From the NCBI GenBank assembly GCA_024235855.1, contig JACKLN010000013.1:2950-66949 (forward strand): a DNA stretch of 64,000 nucleotides, in the 5' to 3' direction. The notes beneath the pieces were generated by a model. It did no database searches. It saw only the letters and a list, made by a program, of their open reading frames with translations, and was not told the origin of the DNA. The translations under genes and the position numbers were made by a program. This DNA comes from Burkholderiaceae bacterium (GTDB lineage: Bacteria; Pseudomonadota; Gammaproteobacteria; Burkholderiales; Burkholderiaceae_C). This document shows, piece after piece, positions 9,490 through 18,726 of the stretch; position 1 is the stretch's first letter, and every line of letters starts with the position of its first letter.

Positions 9490-10699
9490 GGCCGCGCCCG
9501 GTAGGCGCACCGGCTCGCCGGTGGAGGTGTTTCTGGCCTTCCTGAAACTGGGCCTGACCTCCTTCGGTGGCCCGGTCGCGCACCTGGGCTACTTCCGCAC
9601 CGAGTTCGTCGAGCGCCGCCGCTGGCTGAGCGACGCCGACTACGCCGACCTGGTGGCGCTTTGCCAGTTCCTGCCCGGCCCGGCCAGCAGCCAGGTCGGC
9701 ATGGCGCTGGGCCTGCGGCGCGCGGGCTGGTGGGGCCTGGTGGCGGCCTTCGTCGGCTTCACGCTGCCGTCGGCGCTGCTGCTGATCGCCTTTGCCTACG
9801 GCGTGGCGCAGTGGCCCGCGCTGGCCGGGTCCGGCGCCGTGCATGGCTTGAAGGTGGTGGCGGTGGCGGTCGTGGCGCAGGCCGTCTGGGGCATGGCGCG
9901 CACGCTCTGCCCCGACCGCCCGCGCGCCGGCATCGCCTTCGGTGCCGCGCTGCTGGTCGTGGCGCTGCCGACCGCCCACGCCCAGCTGGGCGCCATCGTC
10001 GCCGGGGGTCTGCTGGGCCGCTGGGTCTTGACCCTGCCGCCGATGCCGCCGCAGGACCACGCGGCGGCCGGCGTGTCGCGCCGCACCGGTGCCACCCTGC
10101 TGCTGTTGTGCGCGGCCCTGCTGCTGGCCTTGCCGCTGGCCGCGGCGGCCTGGCCGGAACCCTGGCTGCAGGCGGCGGCGGTGTTCTACCAGGCCGGGGC
10201 GCTGGTGTTCGGCGGCGGGCACGTGGTGTTACCGCTGCTGCAGGCCGGCGTGGTACCGCCGGGCTGGGTGGACAACGCCGGCTTCCTGGCCGGCTACGGT
10301 GCAGCGCAAGCCGTGCCCGGACCGCTGTTCACGTTCGCCGCCTACCTGGGCGCGGTGATGCCCGCGCCCTCGGGCGGAGGGGCCGGCGGCTGGGTCGGTG
10401 GGCTGGCCATGCTCGCGGCCATCTTCCTGCCGGCCTTCCTGCTCGTTGCGGGCGCACTGCCCTTCTGGGAGGCGCTGCGCCGCCGCGCCGGCATGCAGCG
10501 CACGATGGCCGGCCTGAACGCGGCCGTGGTCGGCGTGCTGGCCGCGGCGCTTTACGACCCGGTGTGGACCAGTGCCATCGGCTCGCGCGCCGATTTCGCG
10601 CTGGCCCTGGCCGCCTTTGGGCTGCTGGTGGTCGGCAAGGTCTCGCCGTTGTGGGTGGTGGCACTGGCGGCGCTGGCCGGTGCCCTGCTCGGCGGCTGA
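9482..10699 (+). CDS. chrA: Chromate efflux transporter (long-chain CHR)
   Basis: FLKLGLTSFGGP.AH, QFLPGPASSQ, FGGGHVVLPLL, AQAVPGPLF. Confidence 0.93.
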   Translation: MAEAAPGRRTGSPVEVFLAFLKLGLTSFGGPVAHLGYFRTEFVERRRWLSDADYADLVALCQFLPGPASSQVGMALGLRRAGWWGLVAAFVGFTLPSALLLIAFAYGVAQWPALAGSGAVHGLKVVAVAVVAQAVWGMARTLCPDRPRAGIAFGAALLVVALPTAHAQLGAIVAGGLLGRWVLTLPPMPPQDHAAAGVSRRTGATLLLLCAALLLALPLAAAAWPEPWLQAAAVFYQAGALVFGGGHVVLPLLQAGVVPPGWVDNAGFLAGYGAAQAVPGPLFTFAAYLGAVMPAPSGGGAGGWVGGLAMLAAIFLPAFLLVAGALPFWEALRRRAGMQRTMAGLNAAVVGVLAAALYDPVWTSAIGSRADFALALAAFGLLVVGKVSPLWVVALAALAGALLGG

Positions 10700-10706
10700 C
10701 CGGCGA

Positions 10707-11618
10707 CTACACCTGCGCCAGCGACCGCAGCGCCGCCACCTGGTCCAGCAGCGGCTGCGGCACCGGCACACGTCCCTCCAGCATCGCGCGGATCAACGCC
10801 GCGTTCTCGTCGACGGCGCAACCGGCGCCGCTGTCGGCCTCGTCGCCCGGCGCCTGGTCGAACATCACCTCGGCCACGCCATCCCGGAACCCCAGCAGCC
10901 GCGGCCGCCGACGCGGCGCCGCGTAGGCCTCGCCCTCGGTGCCGCGCATCAGCAGCGCGGTGGCGCCGGCCTGTTCCAGCAGCGCCTGCATGCTGTCCAG
11001 GTACGGCGGGTGCGTCACCGCCACCACGCGCACGCTGCGGCCCGGACACGGGTCCAGCAGCTTGGCCAGCGCATGGCCGCTGTTGCGCACGCCCAGGCGC
11101 GGGCGCAGCGCCAGCAGCGCGTCCAGTCCCGGGTTCAGCACCGCCAAGGGCAGCACCGCCAGACGGCGTGCGACCAAGTCGGCGGCAGCGGCCTCGGTGT
11201 CCGCCGCGGCATGCAAGTCCAGCGCCGCCAGCAGCTCGAACGGGCTGGTGCGGCTGTCGAAGTCGTGCCGGCCGTGGATCAGCACCGGCACGCCGTCTCG
11301 CGCCAGCAGCAGCGCCACCAGCGGCATCAGGTTGGGCTGCTTGCGCGCGCCGTTGTAGGTGGGCAGCAGCACGCAGCGCGGGCCGCCGTCAGGCACCGCC
11401 ACGACAGCCGTGCGCGCCTGCATGGCCGCCATGAAGGCGGCCATCTCGTCCGGGCTTTCGCCCTTGATGCGGTAGGCCAGCAGCAGCGCGCCGAGTTCCA
11501 TTTCCGGCACGGCGCCGTCGAGCATGGCGCCGAACAGCACCTGCGCGCGTTCGGGGTCGAGGTCGCGCGCGCCGCGGGCGCCGCGGCCGACTTCCTTGAT
11601 CAGGGCCGGGAACTGCAT
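10707..11618 (-). CDS. ybiB: YbiB (TrpD2) family DNA-binding protein
   Basis: IKEVGRGARGARDL, YRIKGES..E, PTYNGARKQPNL, RLGVRNSGH, VTHPPY, MRGTEGE. Confidence 0.88.
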   Translation of the reverse strand: MQFPALIKEVGRGARGARDLDPERAQVLFGAMLDGAVPEMELGALLLAYRIKGESPDEMAAFMAAMQARTAVVAVPDGGPRCVLLPTYNGARKQPNLMPLVALLLARDGVPVLIHGRHDFDSRTSPFELLAALDLHAAADTEAAAADLVARRLAVLPLAVLNPGLDALLALRPRLGVRNSGHALAKLLDPCPGRSVRVVAVTHPPYLDSMQALLEQAGATALLMRGTEGEAYAAPRRRPRLLGFRDGVAEVMFDQAPGDEADSGAGCAVDENAALIRAMLEGRVPVPQPLLDQVAALRSLAQV

Positions 11619-11809
11619 GGCGGCATTGTGGGGCCGTGCCGCACACCCTGCCCCGCTGCCAGCGGCGCTCAGGCCCCGGATGCCACAGGCATTCGCACCG
11701 GCCGCGCGGCCTGGCCGGCTGGCTGGCCCGCTGGATCGACGACCGCGTGTCCGGCACCGCGCGCTGAACCGGTCGCGGTCCCGCTCGAACACCTTCGACG
11801 AAGGCAGCT

Positions 11810-13033
11810 TCAGCGCGGTACCGCGCGGCCTGGGCGTGGCCCGACGTAACGGGCCTGGACCCACATCCGGCGCCCGTGGGCCCGCTGTTCCAGGGCCTGG
11901 GCCATGGTGCCAGCCGCACGCGGCAGGTGTGCCAGCATCAGCGCAGCCTGGCGCGGTGCCTTCAGCGCACGGCGCAGCGCCACCAGGCCGAAGTCCAGCG
12001 TGGGGTGCATCGGGCTCCCATCCGCTTCCGGCGCCAGCCACGAGGCAGCCTCCGACCCGAGCGCGGTGGCCGCCTGCACCAGGGCCGCCGCCCGCGGGTC
12101 ACCGCGCACGAAGAGATGGTGGTGGATCCCAGGCAGGGCATCGCCCCGCGCCCGGTGAGCCGCGGCCACCGACGCCAGCGAACCCGTGGCTTCCACCTCG
12201 TCGAACATCGCCTCCACAGCCTCGAACTCGCCGCCACTGAGGCGGGCGAAGCCATAGGTCAGGCTGGCCAGCAGGCAGGCGGCCAGGCTGCCCTGCACCG
12301 ACGCCACCATGCGGCTGGACAAACCCATCAGGTTCGTCATCACGTCGGCGCACAGCACCAGGGCCAGCCGCAAGGCGTCGTGCCCGGGCTCGGGGACACG
12401 CCAGGCCTGGGCCACCTGGAGGTGGAGCGGAGTGTCCGCCGGTGCCTTCGCCAACCAGCAGGCCACGAAAACCCGCAGGTGCCGGCCAAGCGCGGCGGCC
12501 AGGTCGTCACCCTGCAGGTGCACGCCGCCGATCAGGTGGGGCATGGCGACACCCCACAGCGCGACGGCCCGCGACGCCGGGTCGGCGTCCTGCAGCTGGT
12601 CGGCCATGGTGTGCCACACCGCGGGCAACAACGGCGCCGGGCCGCTGAAGGCCGCCTCGGGCCGCACCCCCCACAGCACGGCGGCGGCTTCCTCCAGGCT
12701 CACCTGCCGGGCCCACGGCACCAGCGACCGTCCACGCACGACGATGTCGCCATCCACCACGCCGGTCAGTTGGGTGTCCAGCAATGGCAGCCCGTCGAAC
12801 AGCGTGCCCTGCAGTTCCGGTGTGGCGCGCGGCCGATCGCGACGTCCCTGGCGCAGGCGGTCGACCTCCCAGGCCGGGTAGCGGCTCTGCCGGGTCTGCG
12901 CCGGATCGGCCACAGCGGTCAGCAGCCCGCGGCTGACATAGGCGTACAGCGTGGCCTTGCGCACACCCAGCCGCGCCGCCGCCTGGTCGGCACTGAGCAG
13001 TTCACCGCTGTATCGAGGCGTGGACAGGGTCAT
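11810..13033 (-). CDS. N-terminal HTH (excisionase/MerR-like) fused to citrate synthase-like domain; probable regulator
   Basis: LSADQAAARLGVRKATLYAYVSRGLL HTH followed by a citrate-synthase-type fold (LVLCAD, LPG..H, GDPRA, LDFGL). Confidence 0.82.
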   Translation of the reverse strand: MTLSTPRYSGELLSADQAAARLGVRKATLYAYVSRGLLTAVADPAQTRQSRYPAWEVDRLRQGRRDRPRATPELQGTLFDGLPLLDTQLTGVVDGDIVVRGRSLVPWARQVSLEEAAAVLWGVRPEAAFSGPAPLLPAVWHTMADQLQDADPASRAVALWGVAMPHLIGGVHLQGDDLAAALGRHLRVFVACWLAKAPADTPLHLQVAQAWRVPEPGHDALRLALVLCADVMTNLMGLSSRMVASVQGSLAACLLASLTYGFARLSGGEFEAVEAMFDEVEATGSLASVAAAHRARGDALPGIHHHLFVRGDPRAAALVQAATALGSEAASWLAPEADGSPMHPTLDFGLVALRRALKAPRQAALMLAHLPRAAGTMAQALEQRAHGRRMWVQARYVGPRPGRAVPR

Positions 13034-13045
13034 GGCATGCCCGAC

Positions 13046-13069
13046 TTGATTACATTGATCAACATTGAC
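13046..13069. promoter_or_regulatory. Tandem TTGA(T/C) repeats, candidate operator
   Basis: ttgattaca-ttgatcaaca-ttgac, an AT-rich island between divergent genes containing the palindrome TTGATCAA. Confidence 0.55.
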
Positions 13070-13165
13070 GATAGCTCAGGCGACCGGCTGCAATGCCTGC
13101 GACGTGCAGCCCCCGCACTCGATGCCCGTGCTGTTGCCGACTCGACCTTGCCCACCCGTGCTGCC

Positions 13166-15379
13166 ATGCCAAGCCTGTCGCCATCCCGCCGTCGCCCCTC
13201 CGGGTGCTACTTCCTGGCCGTGTCGGCAGCCGTCTGGCATGCGCTCGTCGCCGCGCAGAGCCCAGCCCCGGCACCGCCGGCCCAGCGGGTGGAGATCCGC
13301 GCCGACCCCGGCAGCGAGCGACGGGCCGACGTCGCCGGGCGGCAGGTGGTCGGGCGCGCCGATTTGCTGCGCCACGGCGACACGCAACTGGCCGACGCCC
13401 TGCAACGGGTGCCGGGCATCACGGTCGAGCGCCGCGGACAGGCCGTCGAACTGAAGCTCTCCGGCCTGGGAGACGGGCGGACGCTGGTGCTGCTCAACGG
13501 GGAACCGCTGCCGCGCGGCGTGCCGCTGGACAGCATCGCGCTCGACAGCCTGGAGCGCGTGGAGATCATCAACGGTGCCTCGGTGGAGACGGCCCAGGCC
13601 ATTGCAGGCACGATCAACCTGGTCACCCGCAAGCCGACCGCGCTGGCCACGCGCGACTTCCGGCTGAGCCTGGCCAGCGAGTGGGGCCTGCCGCAGGCGT
13701 CGGCCACGCTGAACCTGGGCGACGCGGTGGGGGCTGCCACCTGGGGTCTGGGCCTGACGCTCAGCAGCGACCGGCGGCGCTGGCCCGCCACCGACGTGCT
13801 GGCGCGGCGTGACGTGGGCACCGGCAGCGAAACGCAGCGCACGCGCACCGACAAGCGTGAGTACGACCACAGCGACGCCATCAGCCTCAACCCGCGCCTG
13901 TCGTGGAAGCGTGGCGACGAGACGGGCGGCCAGTGGCAGCTCAGCACCGACCACAGCCTGCGCCTTGCCCAGGCCAACGGCGGCGTGGCCGACCGGCGCA
14001 CCCCGTTGCTCGGGCCACCGCCAGCCCAGCAGACCAGTGACATGGCACTGAACTACCAGCGCCTGTTCTGGCGCGGGCGCGTCCGGGCCCAGCACCAGGC
14101 CACCGACAGCGCGAAGACCGAGGCCCGGGTGAACATCACCTACGCCCGCCGCGACCAGCAGGCACGCGCCCTGGGCTATGACTTCGATCAGCGCCTGGTG
14201 CAGGACACGGCCGTGGACGGGCTGGCGGTGGACGAATCGCTGGTGCTGAACCTGAACCACCAGCGACCGCTGGGCGAGACGCACCGCCTGAGCCTGGGCG
14301 CCGAGTGGGAGCAGGCACGCCGCAAGGAGGACCGCGTGCAGACCGAACAGGACCTGCCCGGCGGCCTGCCGCCGGACAACCTGGACGAGCGCTTCGACGC
14401 GCGCGTTCAACGCCATGCGTTCTACCTGCAGGACGAGTGGGCACCGGACGACCGCACCGCGATGCAGCTCGGCGTGCGCATGGAGCGCCTGGAGACCGAC
14501 AGCCGCGGCAACGTGTTCGACACCGTCCGGCAGACGCACAGCCTGGTGGGCCCGGTGCTGCGGGCCTCGTGGCGGCCTGGCAGCGGGCGAGGCACGGTGA
14601 AGCTCGGCCTGTCGCGCGGATTCAAGTTGCCGGCGCCGCGCGACGTGATGCCGCGCCGCTACGTGCCGATCGCGGTCTCCCCCACGTCACCCGCGCAGTC
14701 GGGCAACCCCGACCTGCAGCCGGAACGCGCCTGGAGCCTGGACGCCAGCTGGCAGGACAAGGTGGCTGCGTTCGGTGGCGACATGGTGCTGTCGGCATCG
14801 CTGCGGCGCATCGACGACGTGATGCTCGACCGCCTGATTGCCCAGCCTGCGGTGCTGAACGCGCCCTGGCTGCTGCAGCGGGTCAACGCCGGCCGCGCCT
14901 GGTCCACCGGCCTGACACTGGAACTGCGCGGGCAGCTCGAACACACCGCGCTGGCGGGCGCACCGCTGCGCTGGACCGCGAGCGGCTCACTGGCACGCTC
15001 ACGGCTGTCGGACGTCACGGGCCCGGACCCGGCCTTGCCCGGTCAGGCACCATGGCAGCTGAAGATCGGTCTGACGCAGGCCCTTCCACGAGGCTGGACG
15101 GCCCAGCTCGGGCTCGAGGCCCGCGGCGCGTCGAAGGCCGACCTGCCCACCGACAGGCGCATCGAGAACCTCTCGCGCCATGGCCTGGATGCCAGCCTCG
15201 GCTGGCAGCCCAGGCGCGGACAGACGTGGCGCCTCTCGGTCGCCCAGCTGGCCGCGTCGGACGACGTGACCTTGCGGACGGTGGGTGTCACCGAGGCCGG
15301 CGGGGCCGCCGTCTACACCGCCCGCGAAGCCTGGCACCGCGACACGGTGTGGCGCTTCGGCCTGGACAGCTCGTTCTGA
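13166..15379 (+). CDS. TonB-dependent outer membrane receptor
   Basis: Signal peptide, plug motifs (LADALQRVPGI, LVLLNG, LERVEII, AGTINLVT), barrel motifs (YLQDEW, GNPDLQPE), terminal Phe; start approximate. Confidence 0.9.
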   Translation: MPSLSPSRRRPSGCYFLAVSAAVWHALVAAQSPAPAPPAQRVEIRADPGSERRADVAGRQVVGRADLLRHGDTQLADALQRVPGITVERRGQAVELKLSGLGDGRTLVLLNGEPLPRGVPLDSIALDSLERVEIINGASVETAQAIAGTINLVTRKPTALATRDFRLSLASEWGLPQASATLNLGDAVGAATWGLGLTLSSDRRRWPATDVLARRDVGTGSETQRTRTDKREYDHSDAISLNPRLSWKRGDETGGQWQLSTDHSLRLAQANGGVADRRTPLLGPPPAQQTSDMALNYQRLFWRGRVRAQHQATDSAKTEARVNITYARRDQQARALGYDFDQRLVQDTAVDGLAVDESLVLNLNHQRPLGETHRLSLGAEWEQARRKEDRVQTEQDLPGGLPPDNLDERFDARVQRHAFYLQDEWAPDDRTAMQLGVRMERLETDSRGNVFDTVRQTHSLVGPVLRASWRPGSGRGTVKLGLSRGFKLPAPRDVMPRRYVPIAVSPTSPAQSGNPDLQPERAWSLDASWQDKVAAFGGDMVLSASLRRIDDVMLDRLIAQPAVLNAPWLLQRVNAGRAWSTGLTLELRGQLEHTALAGAPLRWTASGSLARSRLSDVTGPDPALPGQAPWQLKIGLTQALPRGWTAQLGLEARGASKADLPTDRRIENLSRHGLDASLGWQPRRGQTWRLSVAQLAASDDVTLRTVGVTEAGGAAVYTAREAWHRDTVWRFGLDSSF

Positions 15380-15398
15380 CGCCCGGGCACGCCGCAGG

Positions 15399-16013
15399 TC
15401 ACGGCGGCAGCACCTGCCCCGCCAGCACCGCGATCGACCGTTTCAGCGCCACCCAGTCGGCATCGTCGTGCAGATCCAGCCCGCCGAAGAGGCGGATCCG
15501 CCGGCTGCGCAGCAGCAGGTGCTGCACGCCGGCCACCAGCAGCAGCGTCACGTGGCGCAGATGCGGCCGGGCCGCCATCTCCCGCCCGCCCAGCACGGCG
15601 AAAGCCTGCTCGCCCCACTGCTCGCGCTCCTCTTCCAGGATCGCCGTGAGTGCGTTGCGCTCCACGATCTCGGCGGCCATGACCTCCAGCGTCAGTGGCC
15701 GTGCACGCAGGGCGTCGATGAAGTGCTCGAAGAACGTGGCCCAGCGTTGGGCGGCCGGCCGGTCCAGCAGGCCCGGCCGCGCCGCCAGCAGCTCGTCCAC
15801 GCTCGGCCAGAACCGCCCGCTGCGGCCCCAGGCGCGCAGCAGACCCGGCAGGCCGTCGAAGTAGCGGTAGATCAGCACCTTGTCGACGCCGGCCTCGCGC
15901 GCCACGGCATTGACGCCAATGGCGCCGAAACCGTCCCGCGCCAGCACCGTGCCCACGGCCGCGAGCAGGCGCTCCTCGGTGGCGACACGGTCGCGGGTGA
16001 CTGGCGCGGCCAC
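15399..16013 (-). CDS. TetR/AcrR family regulator
   Basis: RLLAAVGTVLARDGFGAIGVNAVAREAGVDKVLIYRYF. Confidence 0.92.
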   Translation of the reverse strand: MAAPVTRDRVATEERLLAAVGTVLARDGFGAIGVNAVAREAGVDKVLIYRYFDGLPGLLRAWGRSGRFWPSVDELLAARPGLLDRPAAQRWATFFEHFIDALRARPLTLEVMAAEIVERNALTAILEEEREQWGEQAFAVLGGREMAARPHLRHVTLLLVAGVQHLLLRSRRIRLFGGLDLHDDADWVALKRSIAVLAGQVLPP

Positions 16014-16016
16014 GTG

Positions 16017-17174
16017 TCAGGCCTTGAGCACGTGCGCGTCTACGCCGCGCCGCGGTGCCGGGCCGACCGGCGGTGCATAGCCCACCCGGGCCCACATCTG
16101 GATCGTCTGCCCGTCGCGCACGTCCAGCGCCTGGCGCAGGGCACGGTACGGCCGGGCCACCGCCGGGTACTCCTGCAGCGCCTGCTGCAGCGGCTGCATC
16201 GCCAGGCCGTGCGCCGTGGCGGCCAGCTGCACCCGTGCATAGGCGCGGCCGGCGGCCACCTGCGCTTCGCGGCTGTTGTCCGGGGTGACCATCCACAGGA
16301 AGCCCGGCGTGGTGGCGATCTTGGCGTTGAAGTCGTCGATCTGGCTGCGGGTGGCGAAGTCGTCGGGGCCGGGCGCCACGCTGCGGTCGAAGAGGCCAAG
16401 GCGCGTCATCCAGACCACCATCGGGTCCATCAGCGTCAGGCCGTCGCGGTGCGCCGCGACCTCCTTTGCGCCCACGCGCAGCACCTTGAAGGTCTCGAGC
16501 ATCGCCGCCGGCGTGGTCAGTTCGGCCTTCCAGGCATCCGCGGCGATGCGGCGGTGCACGGCCAGCGCGTTGGCGCCGCCGGTGCCGGCATAGGCCAGCG
16601 GCACGCCCTGCGCCGCCGCCGCATCGGCCATCGCCTGCCAGGCCTCGGCCGGCACCGGCCGCGCGGGGTCGTAGGCCTCGCGGTTGGTGTGGCGCTGCGG
16701 GATCTGCGCAAACAGCGGGTCGCGGGCCACGCCGGCGTCGGGCACCAGGCGGATGCGGGCCACCGGCCGCTCGTCCACCCCGTCCGGCCCGAAGGCGCCG
16801 TCGGGAAAGAGCTGGATGCGCGCGCGCAGGCCGCGTTCTCGCGCGGCGATGTCCAGCAACTCGATGAAGGTGCCCTGGCTCATCATGATCTGGCGCGAGA
16901 ACGGGTCGGTCACGGGCAGCAGCCGCGTGCGGTCGCAGAAGAGCGTGATCGACTCCGGCTCGCGCAGGTCCACCAGCCAGGACTGCAAGTTGTGCGAATG
17001 CGGCGCCAGGATGGCCCAGCCCAGCACCCAGCGGCGGGGGTCGGCTCCCGCGGCCAGTTCACCCGGGCCACGCCAGGCGGCGATGGCCTCGTCGGGCACG
17101 GTCTCGGCACAGCCGGTGGCTGCCGCGCCGATGCCGCCTGCCCCCAGCGTGCGAAGAAAGGTCCGTCGCTGCAT
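16017..17174 (-). CDS. Acg-type nitroreductase-fold FMN-binding protein with Tat-like signal
   Basis: MQRRTFL signal; AILAPHSHNLQSW, TDPFSRQ, RHTNREAY, AGRAYAR, RVGYA...APRR. Confidence 0.82.
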   Translation of the reverse strand: MQRRTFLRTLGAGGIGAAATGCAETVPDEAIAAWRGPGELAAGADPRRWVLGWAILAPHSHNLQSWLVDLREPESITLFCDRTRLLPVTDPFSRQIMMSQGTFIELLDIAARERGLRARIQLFPDGAFGPDGVDERPVARIRLVPDAGVARDPLFAQIPQRHTNREAYDPARPVPAEAWQAMADAAAAQGVPLAYAGTGGANALAVHRRIAADAWKAELTTPAAMLETFKVLRVGAKEVAAHRDGLTLMDPMVVWMTRLGLFDRSVAPGPDDFATRSQIDDFNAKIATTPGFLWMVTPDNSREAQVAAGRAYARVQLAATAHGLAMQPLQQALQEYPAVARPYRALRQALDVRDGQTIQMWARVGYAPPVGPAPRRGVDAHVLKA

Positions 17175-17187
17175 CGCGCATCTCCTG

Positions 17188-17207
17188 ATGTCACCACAAG
17201 GTGACAT
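17188..17207. promoter_or_regulatory. Candidate TetR operator ATGTCACC-N4-GGTGACAT
   Basis: Perfect 8-bp inverted repeat 13 bp upstream of the nitroreductase-tetR operon start. Confidence 0.65.
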
Positions 17208-17270
17208 GACGATACGCCGCAACCCTGTGGCCTGTCAACGCACGCTGCGCCGGATGCGCACCGCACGGAC

Positions 17271-17284
17271 TTGATGCGCATCAA
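17271..17284. promoter_or_regulatory. FNR/ANR/DNR-type binding site
   Basis: TTGATgcgcATCAA is an exact match to TTGAT-N4-ATCAA. Confidence 0.75.
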
Positions 17285-17370
17285 GCGTTACCGTGCCGCC
17301 CGTCCCGACGCCGAGGGTTGCCGTTACGCTGGATGCCGTACCCGCACAGATCCACCCGAAGAGGCCCAGC

Positions 17371-18726
17371 ATGCAGATCCACTTCCATGGCGCCACCGAC
17401 TGCGTCACCGGCTCGCGCCATCTCGTCGACATCGGCGGCGCGCGCATCGGCCTGGACTGCGGGCTGTTCCAGGGCTTCAAGGTGCTGCGTGAGCGCAACT
17501 GGGCCGCGCCGCCGGCCGACCTGCTGGCCGCCGACGCCCTCGTGCTCAGCCACGCCCACCTGGACCACAGCGGCTGGCTGCCGGTGCTCGTCAAGCACGG
17601 GTGGAAGGGGCCGGTCTACGCATCGCCGGCCACCATCGACCTGGCCCAGGTGCTGCTGCTGGACGCGGCCCACCTCAACGAGGAGGATGCGCGCCGCGCC
17701 AACCGTTACGGCTACAGCAAGCACGCCAAGGCGCTGCCGTTGTACACGCGCAAGGAGGCACACCGCGCGCTGGCGCTGCTGAAGCCGCTGCGTCCCGGGC
17801 AGGCGCAGCGCGTGGGCGGCGCCACGGTGACGCTCTCCCCGGTGGGCCACCTGCTGGGCGCCTGCGCCGTGCGCGTGGAAGGCGGCGGCGAATCGCTGCT
17901 GTTCTCGGGCGACGTCGGCCGAAGCGATGACTTGCTGATGCCACCGCCCGCGGCAGCCCCAGGTGCCGACGTGCTGCTGGTCGAATCGACCTACGGCAAC
18001 CGCCGTCACCCGAAGACCGACGTCGAGGCGGAACTCGGCGCCATCGTGCGCGACACCATTGGCCGCGGCGGCAGCGTGCTGCTGCCTTCGTTCGCGGTGG
18101 GCCGCGCGCAGGCGCTGCTGCTGGCGCTGCAGCGGCTCAAGGCCGCAGGCGAGATCCCGCACAAGCTGCCGGTGTTCCTGGACAGCCCGATGGCCATCGC
18201 CGCCACCGAGCTCTACCGGCGCCACGCGCGGCTGCTGCGCATCCCCGCGCGCGAGGCGCGCACGCTGATGGACACGGTGCACGCGGTGGAGACGGCACAG
18301 CAGTCGATGCGGCTGACGCGCATGCGCTACCCGGCGGTCATCATCAGCGCCAGCGGCATGGCCACCGGCGGGCGCGTGCTCCACCACCTCAAGCACCTGG
18401 CGCCGGACCCGCGCAACCACCTGGTGTTCGCCGGCTTCCAGGTCGGCGGCAGCCGCGGCGCCCGCATCGTGGCCGGCGAGCCGGAGGTGAAGATCCACGG
18501 CGAATACGTGCCGGTGCGGGCCCAGGTCAGCCAGCTCGAGGGCTTCAGCGGCCATGCCGACGCCGACGGCCTGCTGGCCTGGCTACGCACGATGCCAGCC
18601 ACACCGAAGCAGACCTACGTGGTGCACGGCGAGCCCGATGCCGCCGACACCTTGCGCCACCGCATCCAGGACGAGCTGCGCTGGCGCGTGCGCGTGCCGC
18701 AGCACGGCGAGACGGTCCACGCGTGA
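17371..18726 (+). CDS. Metallo-beta-lactamase/beta-CASP family nuclease
   Basis: VTGS.HL, DCGLFQG, SHAHLDHSG, GHLLG, ESTYG, FAVGRAQ, SASGMATGGR, FSGHAD, VHGE. Confidence 0.92.
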   Translation: MQIHFHGATDCVTGSRHLVDIGGARIGLDCGLFQGFKVLRERNWAAPPADLLAADALVLSHAHLDHSGWLPVLVKHGWKGPVYASPATIDLAQVLLLDAAHLNEEDARRANRYGYSKHAKALPLYTRKEAHRALALLKPLRPGQAQRVGGATVTLSPVGHLLGACAVRVEGGGESLLFSGDVGRSDDLLMPPPAAAPGADVLLVESTYGNRRHPKTDVEAELGAIVRDTIGRGGSVLLPSFAVGRAQALLLALQRLKAAGEIPHKLPVFLDSPMAIAATELYRRHARLLRIPAREARTLMDTVHAVETAQQSMRLTRMRYPAVIISASGMATGGRVLHHLKHLAPDPRNHLVFAGFQVGGSRGARIVAGEPEVKIHGEYVPVRAQVSQLEGFSGHADADGLLAWLRTMPATPKQTYVVHGEPDAADTLRHRIQDELRWRVRVPQHGETVHA

